64,000 nt of DNA, from the NCBI GenBank assembly GCA_964016885.1, contig OZ024740.1, positions 310,868,001-310,932,000 of the forward strand. Direction: 5' to 3'. The notes beneath the pieces were generated by a model that was given only the letters and a program-made list of their open reading frames with translations, did not search any database and was not told where the DNA came from. The stretch comes from Eledone cirrhosa (lineage: Eukaryota). How positions within the stretch are numbered: the first letter of the stretch is position 1; the number at the start of each line of letters is the position of its first letter. Shown piece by piece: positions 24,575 to 39,198 of this stretch. The position numbers and the translations under genes were made by a program.

Positions 24575-26330
24575 TATAAGTCCTGTGCTCAATTGGGCGA
24601 ACCACAGTTAGTAAGATACTCAATACATTAGTAGAGTGTAAACAAGTTTAATATAGTAATAGCTTCTACAGGACTAGAACTGTTTCATTCAAAAGAAATC
24701 ATCATCAGGCTTTCCTGATGATTACTTTTGAATGTAAAATAAAGCAAGAAGAAAAAGGTCGTATGTGCGAAAATCAACGCCTAATATGTATCACAAAATT
24801 GATAGTCGTACAGAGATATAGAACATGCTAAGAACCGTGTAAGAATTATATATGCAAGGGGGTAATGGAGGAGTTCCAAAGAAAGAAGTAGTGAGACAAA
24901 GCATGAGTCCCGTCACAAGGTTATGCAAAGCATTTAGATATTAATAGAGACAAAATGAGATAGAACCATGAGGTGGGATGGTCCATCTGGAACCCCAGGA
25001 GGCAGAGTTATTAACCATATAGATAGAGGAAAGTTTCCGTCCTTAAGTGTAGGCAAGCACCAAAGAAATCCACTCTTCCATTAATTATTTGCGTTCACCT
25101 TCTTAGTATATTGAGGATCTCACTCAGACAGAGACTACAAATGCCTGAGACGCCTCCGTCTGAAGGTACCTCACCAACCGTGGACAAGACGAAAAAGAAT
25201 GAGGGGGGGGGGGGGGCTTGACAAACTTATACTTCCAGATCAGTTCGGAAAAGGCTGTGCTTTTCCGTTTACCGATCCTATTAAAGGAGTGGTGGTGATT
25301 ATACCACTTGCCCTTGAAGTTCGTCAACGCTGCTACTATGTATCTATATGTCGAGTAGGTAAACTAGATTCATCACTAGGCATGTATTGTCAAGCGGACA
25401 TGAGACGGGGTTTCTGCAGTTACATAATCTATTCAACACCTGTGTAATGACAGAGGGATGTCCAGTAGTTATATTTGAGCAGCCGGTCACTGTGACTTAC
25501 ATTGGGTCCCTGTGGAGGCAGTGCAAGGACCATTATTATCCTTGTCTGGAATATGTTGGATTCCTCCAGAATTAGTCGGCACTGCCTAAAGGTCTTAAGC
25601 CTATTATTATTGATGCTAGCTATGTGGCGTGCTAAGTTGTGTGTGGTAGAGTACGAGAGCTTCACTGTGTGCCTATAGAAAACTGATTTTAACCATGGGT
25701 ACTCGGGAAGCATTTATCTAGTGGCATAAAAAATAATCTGGCCAGGGGGGTTTGTAGTCACACGGAGTGTGGTGGGTTGTACCAGGTTGTTCTTCTGTGT
25801 CTAGTTCTGCTGCTAGATGGTTGGGTTGAGGTTGCATCATGACTTTGGGGAGTTAGAGAGTCCCTTCCACCGCAAGTACGGCTGTTGTCCTACTGCGTGA
25901 TGACCTTCCTATACGCTGTCCGGTCTCAGTCGGTAGGGTGGTACTGGTAATCACCGGTGTTTCCTCACTGGAGCTTTTCACTGCCTGCCCTAATTCATGA
26001 CCTGTGGTCGGGGACACACAGGCCTGAGTGGTTTGCAGCGGCATTAGTCATGTCATGTGCATTACGTTTAATCAGCGCATGCTAGGGGAGCATGTGCGGT
26101 TCCCACAAGCGTATTGGATTCTAGTACTAAGTCCTTTCTAGGTCCTGTGATATATCAGCAATACGCTGTGATTATTGTTGCCTTTCTTGTCACTTACTTG
26201 TGGCCTCGTTATAAATTTGAGCTGAATTTCTAATTAATTGTTATTTCTGCTACTCTATCCTGATTCCTGAAATTTACTGACAGATTTCAACACCTGAATC
26301 AAAGGGATCAATTTTGTATAGGCGTATATT
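24575..26330 (-). mobile_element. decayed Naiad-like Penelope-like element, 3' half
   Basis: TWYNPPHS, FYRHTVKLSYST, CNCRNPVSCPLDNTC, FKGKWYNHHHSF..STAFSELIW, CSLCLSE; terminus with hammerhead abuts a microsatellite. Confidence 0.82.
24662..24710 (-). ncRNA. hammerhead motif with 4-bp stem III in the Naiad-like terminus
   Basis: CTGATGA..GAA-ACAG ttctagtc CTGT-A-GAAGC; stem I 5' strand disturbed by a local fold-back (24686-24743). Confidence 0.55.
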
Positions 26331-26388
26331 CCTAAATCTATATATGTGTGTGGGGGGTATGTATGTGGGTGTGTGTGTGCATATGTGT

Positions 26389-26443
<55 letters not shown>

Positions 26444-26761
26444 TGTCTATGTGTGTGTGTGTATGTGTCTGTGTGTGGTGTGTGCGTATATTCACATTCA
26501 TATATACAAAGTGGACAGATTTATATGATTCGTGGCAAAACACATTTTAATTATTTCTTTTCTCGAAACGTATCGCGTAACATGACGAGATACATCGATT
26601 ATCAGTAACTCGTTAACGAACTCCTACAATGTCATTGATCAGTTTTCTCGATTTTGAGAAAATAAAGGATACTTACAACAAATACTAGCTGAAAGATGAA
26701 AGAACCTAGATCAGAGTAAATATTATAGGAGAGAATATATGTTGGATTTGAAGAATTCGTA

Positions 26762-26940
26762 AAGTGTCGGATAAAAGGCCATTGCAATATTTGTTCAAAT
26801 ATTGTCGAGGTCAACTTTGCCTTTAACCCTTCCACGGATTGATAACATAAAGTACCAGTCATGTACCAGGGTTGATTTATTCAACTTTGGCCTGCCCCAA
26901 TATTTGCTAGCCTTATGCCTAAATTAAACATTAATATTAT
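26762..26940 (+). mobile_element. decayed Nin-like tRNA-SINE
   Basis: GAGGTCAACTTTGCCTTT..GATAACATAAAGTACCAGT. Confidence 0.6.
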
Positions 26941-29900
26941 AAGAGAGAATTTTTAACAAAATTAATATAATTTTCTTTTATATACATCGCAACAGCAAAA
27001 CTGAAAAAATAACAGACAGAACAAAAAAGAATAACAGACAGAATAACAAAAAGAACAGAGAGGAAGCCAACTTTACACAGCATATCTCAGCTGTGGATAA
27101 GATGATAAAAGAGACATTAGGAAGAAAAGTCAGCGTTATCTGCACTACATACTTTTTCCATGCGTGATAGTTTCAACCAGATTCGGCGCAAGCTAGCGAG
27201 AGTTTGGGGTCATGTTAATACCGAATTATTACCTGCGATGAGTGTGGGCTGGAATATACTCGCCAATGGGTAGCATTTTAGCATCTCCCGTCTCTATGCG
27301 TTGGGGCCTGTAAAACCTGGGTTAATATCTGAAACGATAACGTTGACCCAAACAGGGAAATGGTTATTCCATTTCAGTATATACCATCTCTGTGATCGCG
27401 GCCGGCCTAGCTTTAGTTTTGACTGCAAATCGGAAGCCACTAATCTGCTTTTATTGATACCGTTTAGAACAGCGTATGGAAAGAAACACCCAGCGCTGTG
27501 CCAACAGTGCGGATGTATTTCGAAGTCTGTTGACCGTTATCCCTCAGCAGCATTTACGTAGCACCGAAGACGCCTTTAATGTATCTGCAACGTATAGAAC
27601 CACCTATAATACTACTTTATTTACTATATTCATTCACTTTTTTTTAGGCGGCAAGGTAGCTTTTGATAGAAATGTCGACTTCTAAATCCTGCAAGTCGAA
27701 CGACTACATATAAGGCACTTCATTAATAACTATATGTCAGCTTATGAAATATCTTCCTCAGTTAGATAGAGCAAAACATATATGGTACAATTGATATACG
27801 AGTGGCCCTTTGCTATTTGATAAACCATATATATTCGCTAAGTATGTTTAATTGTTACTGATATGAGACTACACAACAGGCTACCATCGTCGGCTAACAA
27901 CATTAATTCAGGTTTTAAGTATAAATCACCAAATGAGTAGTGTCTTATCAATTCCATCAATCATTTAGTGAATATGCTATACCGTTAATGGCAAGATTAT
28001 TAATCACTATTTTTTCGCACTCTTACATAGACAATGTGGTTGAATGCTTCTAATCAAAAGCCATTGCCATTTTCCTCTTTATAAATCTTTCGTGCAAACA
28101 AATGCTATTAGTTTATTGGCCATTGACTCAATGAGATGATATCACAAATACATGTTCTTAGTTGATTTTTGTCATATTTCCGATAACGTCAATTTCACGT
28201 GTTTGCTATTCAGGTGAAACTAACCCATTTGTAATGTTTATTAACTCCATGTGAAATTAGCTGCTACACTTTGATTTCTCTTATCTTAAATAAACTCACG
28301 ATTAAAATGTATAGATGTCTTCAGGTTTTCACTGAGATTGGTTTTCGTTATTGTACGGTTGTGGCTTTTACGTTGGCTTTTAAGGGTTATCTCTTGTTTT
28401 TATTTTTTCATATTTTAAAAAATAGTTATAAAGTGGAAGGAGATATGAACAGAGAAAACGATTTCCATTAGAGTCATCTGCAGTTGATTGGCAAAGATTT
28501 AAAGCATATATTCATTCATATCACTTCAATTTGAAATATATATATATAAATATAGGATTGAAGTGTTACTGAATTGTTAGAAGTGATACTAGACAGCCTA
28601 ATAAGTGCCCCTTAATGGGAAAATGTATGTCTAAATATATCGTATACCAGTGTGATATTAAAACGAATTTGGGAACGTATAAATACGTAGGAACCACATT
28701 TAACTTTTACAAAAAGACGATATGTATCACTCGTTCAAAAACCCGGACGTGTGGAAATCAACATCGATCGCGAAAATCTGGGATTTGAAACATAATAATG
28801 TAAGGTATGAGTCATCATGGTCGATTGTACGTTATGCCCAGCCGTATCACAGGAAAAGACAGAATTACGAATTTGTTTTACGGAAGTATTAGAAATTATG
28901 ACTGGAAAAGGTCTGTTAAACTCAAGACATGACAACATTTTTAATTGGCAACATAAAACTTTGAAAGCATTTTCAAAGTACCATCCATACTAACATAAGC
29001 AAGTCTCCTATTCCTTGGATAGAGAACGTTCTTCTATACCCCTGATCAACCCGCATACCTTTATATATGTTCTATAACATTAGCTAAGGTAATACACATA
29101 TCTATATCACTTTCATATACAACCACAACTATTTTAGGAATAAATTGTACATCACCCTTTAGATAATGTTCGCAATATATATACTTTGCTCACAATTTAG
29201 GTTTTACACCGCATACACCACCAAGTGTCACAAATATTTAGATTCGATCCCGCATCTCTGCATCTATTTTCACGGTAATTTCAGCATCCATACACCTACA
29301 CATTTTCTATTATCTTACTTTTATTGCAACTCTCTCTCTATATATAAATATTTATTTAATTTATTTCAACCTGTCAACAATCTACTTCCCTCTCCGCATC
29401 TGGCTTGGTGCATTCAACTCGCATAAATCAGAGATATCAACTATGACATCTCCCTATAAAATTTCCTTCTTTTGTTCTTTTCCCATAAATTTTGTATATT
29501 GCACTAGCTTTCATCTCTTCCTAAATATATTCTCTCTCCTATCTATTTTAGCAGGTTCACACTATGCCCCTTGTGAAATACAACTCTCAACGAACAGTGC
29601 CTGACCAGTCACAAAATGATAATCGAGCTCCTTTTTTTATTTATGGAATATATCATGTAAATACAGTTCAATAGAAGAAGAAAAAAGAAAAATTTAGATT
29701 GAGAAGAAAGAATGGCTTATTTCTCTACTTGTCGTCACTCTCATTTCTTCTAATAACCCACTACCACAATCTATTGGCTACTTTTAGGATTGTTACCTCC
29801 ACTTCAACTTGTACACAGACGTATTGTACGCATGGATATATGTTTGTATATTTATTTAAATTTACATGTAAATTATCTAGTATATTTGACCATACATACA

Positions 29901-29979
29901 TCGATGATGATGTATCTGTGTACGTAGATAATTTACTATATAAGGATATCTCTTGTACTTGACTTCAGTTTCTTCCGAA

Positions 29980-30088
29980 TCTCTCTGATGATGAGCCGAA
30001 TTTAACTAGGCGGGGCGAGGCAGTTGATTAAATAATAATCCAGCTTTCGTAGGCAATTGAACAACTGTATTGAAACACGTGTCGGAGA
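29980..30088 (+). ncRNA. type I hammerhead ribozyme motif with long stem II
   Basis: TCTCT-CTGATGA-[80 nt incl. GCAGTTG/CAACTGT]-GAAAC-ACGT-GTC-GGAGA; palindromic stem III ACACGTGT; base of stem II weak. Confidence 0.65.
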
Positions 30089-30149
30089 CCTATTCTTTAT
30101 TCGAACTTCAACAAATTTAGCCAAGTTTTTCCATATAACCTGTATATAT

Positions 30150-30267
<118 letters not shown>

Positions 30268-30599
30268 CGTGCGCGTGCGAGTGTGTGTATTTGGTTTGAT
30301 ATAAATATGATTAGAAAAGGAATATCAGATAACTGGAAAGGACATAAAACTGAAATATTAAAGGATTGAAGGAAAGGAATTCGTTGGGAAGATCTCCATT
30401 AAAAGTAATGGTCACTTATCTAAAATAATGAGCTGCAAGTGATGAGGAAGGATACGAGTGCTGGTTTCCAAGTAACAGCAGGTAATGATAAACAGAAAAG
30501 CAAGGGAAACTAACTAGAACCCTCTGAGAAAAGGTGTTAATGAAATGCTACTCCATGAGCTGACCATATAAGAAAGGTTACAGGAAAACGATGGCGGCA

Positions 30600-30960
30600 A
30601 TCCAGAACGATAAATGTCTCTAGAGACGAAACAGAAACTTTCATAAGAAAGACATAGAATTAGATTAAATAAAACGGGATCAAAAGTATACTTGAAATGA
30701 ATGTAAGTAAATGTAATGAAGAAACAGAGTGCATCAATCGTAGGTAGACCGAGAAGGGACACAGATATATCGTTGAGTAAAAGACGAAAAGAGAACAGCA
30801 TAAACACCTTAAGAGGCGGAGTGAGCCAACTTCAGTCTCTAAATGAAAGTTCACTTAGGAAATAAGGAGTCAACAAAACACAAGAGAGAAAATATTTCGT
30901 GAAAAATAGAGGAGTGAATATCATAACTGTCGAGTTGAAACAAAGACTGGCAGCTAAAAT
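30600..30960 (+). pseudogene. old R4-like retrotransposon N-terminal fragment
   Basis: KYFVKNRGVNIITVELKQRLAAK resembles the pre-RT region of R4/Dong ORFs. Confidence 0.5.
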
Positions 30961-31219
30961 AGTATTTTTATTGTCGACGAGTGCACAAGTCACTTTGACA
31001 AAACCAAAACATAGTGTAATTCACATTGACTAAAGGAAAGGTGACATCTGCAGCAGGAAAGCAATAACAATAATGAAAGAGTAAAACACGTTAAAATTAC
31101 AAAAATTAACAAATTTCAACTTGAAACTGTTCCCTAATGGAGCCTTCTTTTTAGGGAAATTTCACCGAGAATCCCACACAAAATTCCAGGTTACTCTGTT
31201 GCCTAATAATAATGATAAT

Positions 31220-31368
31220 AAAAATAATAATTGTTTCTATTTTTGGTACAAGGCCAGCAATTACCCCAGTGCATTACTGGTACTTAATTTATCGACCCCC
31301 TAAGGATGAAAAGCAAAGTTAACCAGAGTGGGATTCGAACTCAGAATGTAAAAGGCCATAACTCCATG
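31220..31368 (-). mobile_element. Nin-like tRNA-SINE, 5'-truncated
   Basis: same sequence as the units of 32240-33285; B box GAGTTCGAATCC on the minus strand. Confidence 0.85.
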
Positions 31369-31419
31369 CTAGAAGAAGAAGAAGAAGAAGAAGAAGAAGA
31401 AGAAGAAGAAGAAGAGGAA

Positions 31420-32230
31420 ACGACTACAATAAGATGAAACACAGTCATACAAATACTGGACGAGGTTCAACACCCATATGACAGAAGAGACTAGAAAGGA
31501 ATACTATAGACGCATTAGATTACTACAAAAAAAGCAAAATTAAAGGCAAATAATAAAGCAATAGGCATAGTCTAGCTACCCCAATAATAAGCTACAGATT
31601 TAACATTCTGAAATGGTCACTAGAAGCCCTAGCAGGAATAGACAGAAAAACAAGAAAAATATTGACTGCATTTAGAATACACCACCCCAAATCGGATCTA
31701 AAAAGATTATGCATACCATGAATACAGGGAAGGAAGTGTAGGGGGCAGGGCTTTATGCAACTACAAAACTATTTTAGAATAATCACTATAGGACTACAAA
31801 AATATCTAATGAAAAATAATGGAAAGTTAATACAAAATTAATAGGAAACGTGAACAAAACACAAAAGTGTTTTCTGTTTTCCAGGAAGTCAACAACTTCA
31901 AAATAGAAGCTGAACTGGCAGATAGTTATGAGGAAAATGAAAACACAGACAAAACGGCAACAGAAATTGCGAAAAAGATAAAATCCAAATTGAAAACAAA
32001 TTTACAAAATGCTATCCTTTAAAAATGACAAGAAAATTCCAAACAATGCCTGAAACGGCTAAATAAGGAGGAAGGGGAGAAGTGAAATTCACAAAACTGG
32101 TTAAGAAGCCCTGGACTAAAATCTAGTATTTAGGGGCTTCTAATTGCAGCACATGCTAAAGCATCCCTAATTATCTGTAGAATATGTGGCGGTGGGAAGA
32201 AAGAATTAACCACATTTTCTCTCAAAGAAT
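31420..32230 (+). pseudogene. old R4-like RT C-terminal fragment (different family from copies A-E)
   Basis: GIDRKTRKILT, HHPKSDLKRL, GGRG-like segment, GLKS..GLLIAA, CRICG. Confidence 0.7.
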
Positions 32231-32239
32231 TAACCACAA

Positions 32240-33285
32240 TGGTTCTGATTTAGACACAAGTCTAACAATTTTTGAGGAGGGAAAAGTTGATTAAATCGAT
32301 CCAAATGTATTACTGGTGCTTTATTTTATCGTCCCCGCAAGAATGAAAGGCAAAGCTAACCTCTGCGGGATTTGAATCAGAAAGTAAAGGGTCGTTACTC
32401 TATGCCGCGAAGCATTGTGTCCGAAGCCCTACCGATACAGCCAATCCACCGCCCAACATCCATATAATAATTGTTTCTACTTTTGGCACAAGGCCAGCAA
32501 TTACCACACTGCATTACTGGTATTTTATTTTATCGTAATAAACATCCATATAATAATAATTATTTCTAGTATAGGCACAAGGCCAGTAATTTGGGGGAGG
32601 GGAAAGTCGATTAAATCGACTCCAGTAAATTACTGGTACTTTATTTTATCGACCCCGTAAGGATGAAAGGCAACGTTAAATTCGGCGGGATTTGAACTCA
32701 GACCGTAAAGGACAGTGACTCTATGCTGCAAAGCATGGTGTCCGACTCTACCGATACTGCCAATCTACCACCCTAAACATCCCTATAATAATTGCTTCTA
32801 CATTTGGAACAATGCCAGCAATTACCCGGTGCATTTATTTTTTCGACCCCGTAAGGATGAAAGGCAAAGTTAACCTTGGCGGGATTTGAACTCAGAGCAT
32901 AAAGGGACGTAACTATGCTGGAAAGCTTGGCGTCCGACCCTCTACCGATACTGCCAATTCACCGCCCAACATTCATATAATAATAATTGTTTCTACTTTT
33001 GGCACAAGGCCAGCAATTACCCAGTGCATTACTGGACCTTTATTTTATCAACCCCGTAAGGATGAAAGGCAAAGTTAACCTCGGCGGGATTTGAACGCAG
33101 AACGTAAAGGGCAGTAACTCTCTGCTACAAAGCATGTTGTCGGCGCTTAACCGATACTGCCAACCACCACCTTAATACAATGGAAATAATTGTTTCTACT
33201 TTTGGCACAAGGCCAGCAATTGCCCAGTTCATTACTGGTACTTTACTTTATCGACCCCGTAAGGATGAAAGGTAAAGTTAACCTC
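32240..33285 (-). mobile_element. head-to-tail array of about 6 tRNA-derived SINE units (Nin-domain-like)
   Basis: units of about 200-230 bp with A box TGGCAGTATCGGTAGAG, B box GAGTTCAAATCC and GCCTTTCATCCTTACGGGGTCGATAAAATAAAGTACC. Confidence 0.9.
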
Positions 33286-34721
33286 TAATAACACCAAAAG
33301 CAACACTACATGTATCCAGGACACACAGATCTGTGTCCAGTAATACAGTTACAACATGCACTGAAAATAAGTCAAATATTAATTATATAATAGTAGACAT
33401 AACATTAACTACTCTTTCTTCGAAAAGCCAACAGTAGTCTGAACATGAATTTAGAATATGGCAATCTTGAACTACTAGCAGAAAACTTATTGTTCTGCAT
33501 ATTACACAATATTCTACGTCGTAGATACATACACACATTGTGTATAAACTATACTGGTATACTATGCATAAATTGTTTTGGTAATTCTATAGAGCATTAG
33601 ATGTAGGCTTTCTGTATAATACTGTTAGTCATATTCCGCAGAATTGGACAGCAAGTTGGCCAACATTGCTTCAATAGCATAAGAGATACAAAGGACATAA
33701 AAGAATAACGCAGCGTCCATTTACGTTTAATATCAATATAAGTTTTGACGTTTATTTACTGCGGTCTGACGATATTTGCCACTCTTATTGAAAGACAACT
33801 GTTACATATTTTAGGCCACATTCTTTCTCCATATATTAATATAAGGTAGAACTCTAAAACAATGCATCTACGAGCATATTTGTATTAGTCTATATTATTA
33901 ATCAATAAATATCCTAACCAACTCTTAATTACACAACACTATAAATTGCTATAATTGTCTTTCGCTATTCTTCGATTTTGCTTATACTGTGTGTGGAAAA
34001 TTAGCAGCGATAATTTACGTGATTTGCACCCAAAATGGCAATTCTATAGTATGCTACCAAATAATTGCTGTTTACAACCATATTTCATTTACATTTTAGT
34101 TTAATGTATCACAATAATATTGATATTTGCTACAGATAAGTTGCTATTCATTTCGACGTGTAGATTATATTACATTGTATAAATTTCACTAATAGCTCAG
34201 AATAGTACCGTTACCGAATCATTTGGGGATATAATTTATTGTTATATATATATATTGTATATATATATATATGTGCGTGTGTGTGTGTGTGTGTGTGTAT
34301 GTGTGTGTGTGTGTGTGTGTGTGAGTGTGCGCGCGCGCATGTGTGTGCGTGCGTATGTGTGTGCATGTGTGTGTATTACGTCAGAGTAGAGTCATTATAG
34401 TTACTTAAAACACGCACATATATCATTATATCCACTTTTGTTTATTTTGTAACAGTAACATATACGATAAAATATCAAAGAATTTAGTTTTACATCTCCG
34501 TTCTGGACAGAGATACTATTACACGGCTGCAGTGGTTTAGAGTCGATTAATAGGATGTATGTGATGGACAAAATGTGTTGAGACTTCATACTGTATTATA
34601 GAATAAAATGTGTATATGTGTATTAAATGACTATGTTGATTTTACCACTGTGGCACTGTTTCAATTTCTACACAATCTTAGATCAAATAGGTTACCAAAC
34701 AGAGAAACAGGGGGGGGGATA

Positions 34722-34784
<63 letters not shown>

Positions 34785-35098
34785 GGAGAAGGAGAGAGAG
34801 AACGAAAGAAGGTTGAGGCAATATTTTTGCTGTGTCATCGGCAATGATATATAATATATAGATGGTATTACTAAGAAAATGTCGCTACATTGTAATTATT
34901 CATCTAGTTTCTACATCATAGCGGTACATAATATGGATTTTGCTTACTAATTTCGTCACGTCTCTCACATGAAAGAGCAACAGGTTAAAATGTGTTTATG
35001 CAACATTTATGATACCTTGCTAAAGCATTTGTTTGTTTGAACATCGAACTTCTGTTGGAATTATACATTCGTTGTACAAGTGCTTGTAGAATTCGAAA

Positions 35099-35285
<187 letters not shown>

Positions 35286-35499
35286 TATATCAACTCGCTG
35301 AATCTGTCAAGCCCACGCAAATCTGGGGCATTGCCACAATGACAATCGGGAAGTCATAAGAGAAACACAGTAGTGACGACAATACAACAAAAGATATAGC
35401 ACTCTTGGCAGTTTACTTTGAACTCATATCACGACTTTTCATTGGACAACCTTTTGTCAAGCGTTTGTTTTCTAATTGTTTCTAAAAGCAACATCTTTT

Positions 35500-36360
35500 T
35501 ATCGAATAATGTTCTATATAGAATTGTTAATATGACGTAAATATATATTTTGCAACCGAAAATCCAATTACAAAATCAGTATGAAATCATGGAACTGGAT
35601 AAGAATTGGAACAAATACTTTCCTTTGCATCTAGTTTATAATCTTCCCTTACACCTTTCAAACAACCTTTAAATGAGAGATCAATTTACTCCTTCCAAGT
35701 AATTTTTTTTCTAAAAGGACCTTCATAAAATAGTTTCTACGGCATAGTTTCCACAGCTTCCTATTACATTAATACGTGTTGGTAATAGTCTTGCCTCAAA
35801 ATAACATAACCATTCTTGAGAAAAATGGCCACCTTAAAATATTTTAATCTTATAAATTGTTCTGAAACTTCAATCTCATAAATTATTTTTCGTCTATTAA
35901 CATCCATCGCACCCATGCTGGCATGTCGTTTTTTGTTTTACATTCGGTAACAATGTTATTCACAGTTTTCATTAATAAATCAAGCTTTGCCAACATTTCA
36001 GTGAATAATCCATCAAACTGTTTAGTTTCAGACCGTATTTTTAACTTTGGCTGTTCAACTCCATCTAAACATTTTGAGGTATTGCAGTTACCTGGCTGTC
36101 AATGCCAACTTCCATCGTAATGTTAATTCTACTGAGTTTGTTAATTTCAAACAATCTCGTAGAATATTCATTTTTAATTCTTTCAATTTCCTTGACATGT
36201 TTTAATAGATTTACAAACGTCTTGAAAGTGATTATTTGTCCACGCCTAATACACGCTTTACCAAATACAAGAAATATTTGTTAGAGTCAGGTTTATGTGT
36301 TTCTGTCAATATTTGACATGGTGAATCACCAAAAGCACACTTACTTTCTAAGAAGTATTC
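35500..36360 (-). pseudogene. possible very old Gypsy/Ginger-type integrase remnant
   Basis: fragments DVCKSIKTCQ, MEVGID and a DYF(T)KW-like segment in the expected order; many stops. Confidence 0.3.
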
Positions 36361-38342
36361 ATTAATTTAAGCCGGAAAACATATGCGGTGGTCGCATTGA
36401 TCTATGAATTTGCATTGAAGCCTCTCTAATGCATTTATAAGAAGCTCAAATGATTGCATATCATACCTGGATATCATTTGAATCCTATATTCCACAATCT
36501 GTACTTCAGTTCCATTTCCTTTTTAATTTCTTTTTAAATTCCAAGATAAGCGTTGAAATGATTCAATGGATGGTGTGATATCAATCTTGCCATATCAACC
36601 CTTTTTTTAGGTATCTTTTAGGTAGGAATTAATGAAAATATCGCAGTAACATTTTAGTATGGCCATTATACCTGCTATTTAATAGAATTAATACATCATT
36701 TGTTAACTGTTAATAGTGACCATACGTTTTCTAGCTTTGCTGTAACTAAACACCAATACAGCCAAACGTCCGTAGTATCAGGTTCATTGAAAAGAAATAT
36801 TCTATATTTTTAACGTGTCCTACTAAGTTTAAGCAACGTAGTAGCTCCTGATCCTTTCCTCCCAGGTGTTTTATTCAATTGAATAATCAAACGATCCGAC
36901 ATCAAACTGGCAGTTATTTTAAATACTGATTATCATCAGGTTTTACCAGCTAAAACGCAATGACATTCACAATAATAATAGTATGACAATAATATGAGAA
37001 ATACAAAGAATTTTCTCTAGATTTCTAACAAATCTACCACCATTCTCCAGAGAGAGGGATATGGAGATATATTAATTGATAGATAAAAATATCTGGTAAT
37101 GAATGGAAATATTGGATTAGAATATAGTAATCAATTGATTATAGGAAGTGACATGATAGAGGTAACTTTCGAACTATTAACGTGTAAAAAACAATATATT
37201 ACCTGAATTATTTTGATTGCCAAGCAACAGAATCTGTAATGATACAGATTCAATCATGTCATATGCAACAATTTATCATTCACGCAGTGTCTTTCCATAG
37301 CAGTGGGGTATGATTTAAGAGGGAAATTAGTACTAATTTTATCAGATTGAGCTACCACAGGGATGTGCATGGACTCATCTTACAATAATATTGTTCACCT
37401 TTTGGTGGAAGGTGTCCAATATTACATTTATTATACAAATTCTGTCTACCGTCAATGTATAGTAGAATTTTTGTTTTTGTTTTAAATTTGATAATAGCTA
37501 TGGTAATACTATAAGCTGAAATCTTAGTTGTATCACGAAAAGTTTCAAAGGCACGTCTAAATTTCTACTTTTGAAGGTACCTTACAAACACACCGGTATT
37601 TCAATTGTAGTTAGGTAACCATTTTTTCATGTATCATGTTTCTACTAACAACTGCATTTCTTTTTTTGTGTACTTTCCTTCTTGTTATTTTTTCTACTTG
37701 TTTTCAATGATATCCAATTTCCCTTCAGTGATTATTACAGAAAGGCAATATCCTAAAATATCGATTCCTTTTGATAATTCACAATGTCATTTGTTTACTC
37801 CCAACGTACAATGAACTACATCACCCCAACTATATCATAGTTACTTATTTCAATGAATTCAGATAAATAAAAGAAAATCAGAACAAAGTAAAATGAACCT
37901 GATTGCATCAAACGCGTAGTTCTTCAATATAACACGTCGTTTCAGATATCATGACGCAGATTCAGTTTGATGGGATTCTGACTTCATGTTATATGCTTCC
38001 AGCTAAGTGAGTAAAATAGCACAAAAGGAAAGTATAAACGATATTTGAACGGATTATATTCTATTTACAGATATCAAAAATATAATATGAAAATAAGGAA
38101 ATAGTTGCAACTGACGAAATCAACTGAACTTTAGTCCCATATATTATGAGGTAACTTTATCTTGGTACTTGGTTTAAAATATACTGGAATGCCATGATTA
38201 CTTTTTCTAAATATATTTTCAACGTATCAATGTGAAATAACAAAGAGCTTGCAATTTGCAATTTCTAATCTGAATATGTATTCTAAGTATCTAAATATTT
38301 AAATCTCATGCCTCAAATAAATATTATATAGTGGTGAAGTGC

Positions 38343-38437
<95 letters not shown>

Positions 38438-38531
38438 CGTGTGTGCGTCTGCGTCTGCGTGTGTGTGTGTGTGCGCGTGTGTGTGTGTGTGTGCGTCAGT
38501 GAATGCGTGTGTCAGTGAATGCGTGTCTCTT

Positions 38532-38865
38532 GACGCCGCTTGGACGAATACTTCGCAATCATTAGAACCCGAATTTGAATCCACCATGAGCCTTCTTCGA
38601 CAAGTTTCATTTAGCATAACCTCATGTTGGCCTAGCCTTGTGAGTGACATTGAGTAGCAGAAACTGCTTGGAAGCCCGCCAGATTGATGTACTTGTGTTT
38701 CAATAGACTAGACTGTTCACATACTGCTTTACGGAACAACGTGCGATAATTGCTCCGGGTCTTGGCCTTCTGGTAGCAGTGCTTCGAACCAAACTAGGGC
38801 CAAGCTTTATCGGGGTTGCCACTCACCTGGACAACATCGGGGGCCTAGAGAGAGGAGACTGCACA
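38532..38865 (+). mobile_element. decayed SINE fragments
   Basis: AGCCTTGTGAGTG..GAAACTG..GAAGCCCG as recalled from octopus SINEs; 38790-38865 resembles 130-195. Confidence 0.45.
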
Positions 38866-39077
38866 TATAAGAAGCTTCTAACTTTCCATAAAATAATCTA
38901 ATTCAAGGCTGTGTGTATACGAGGAATTTTCCAAGGGCAGATATTTAGTCAAAGAAACATGCGGTGACGCTAGAAATACATTGTATATATATAGAGAGAG
39001 AGGGGGGAAGAAAGAGAGAGAGAGGGAGAGAGAAAGAGAGAGCGATTTATATATGTACATATATATATATATATTTT

Positions 39078-39198
<121 letters not shown>

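Noticed and set aside
25370-25430. Selenocysteine codons in the Naiad-like Cys motif
   Set aside because: All four Cys codons are TGT or TGC; TGA codons elsewhere are consistent with decay
27130-27575. GC-richer block as an exon or R1-like LINE remnant
   Set aside because: Only a weak LTQ-like word on the minus strand; no sustained frame or splice support
32240-33285. CRISPR-like array
   Set aside because: Units are whole diverged SINEs with no unique spacers and no cas genes, in a eukaryotic context
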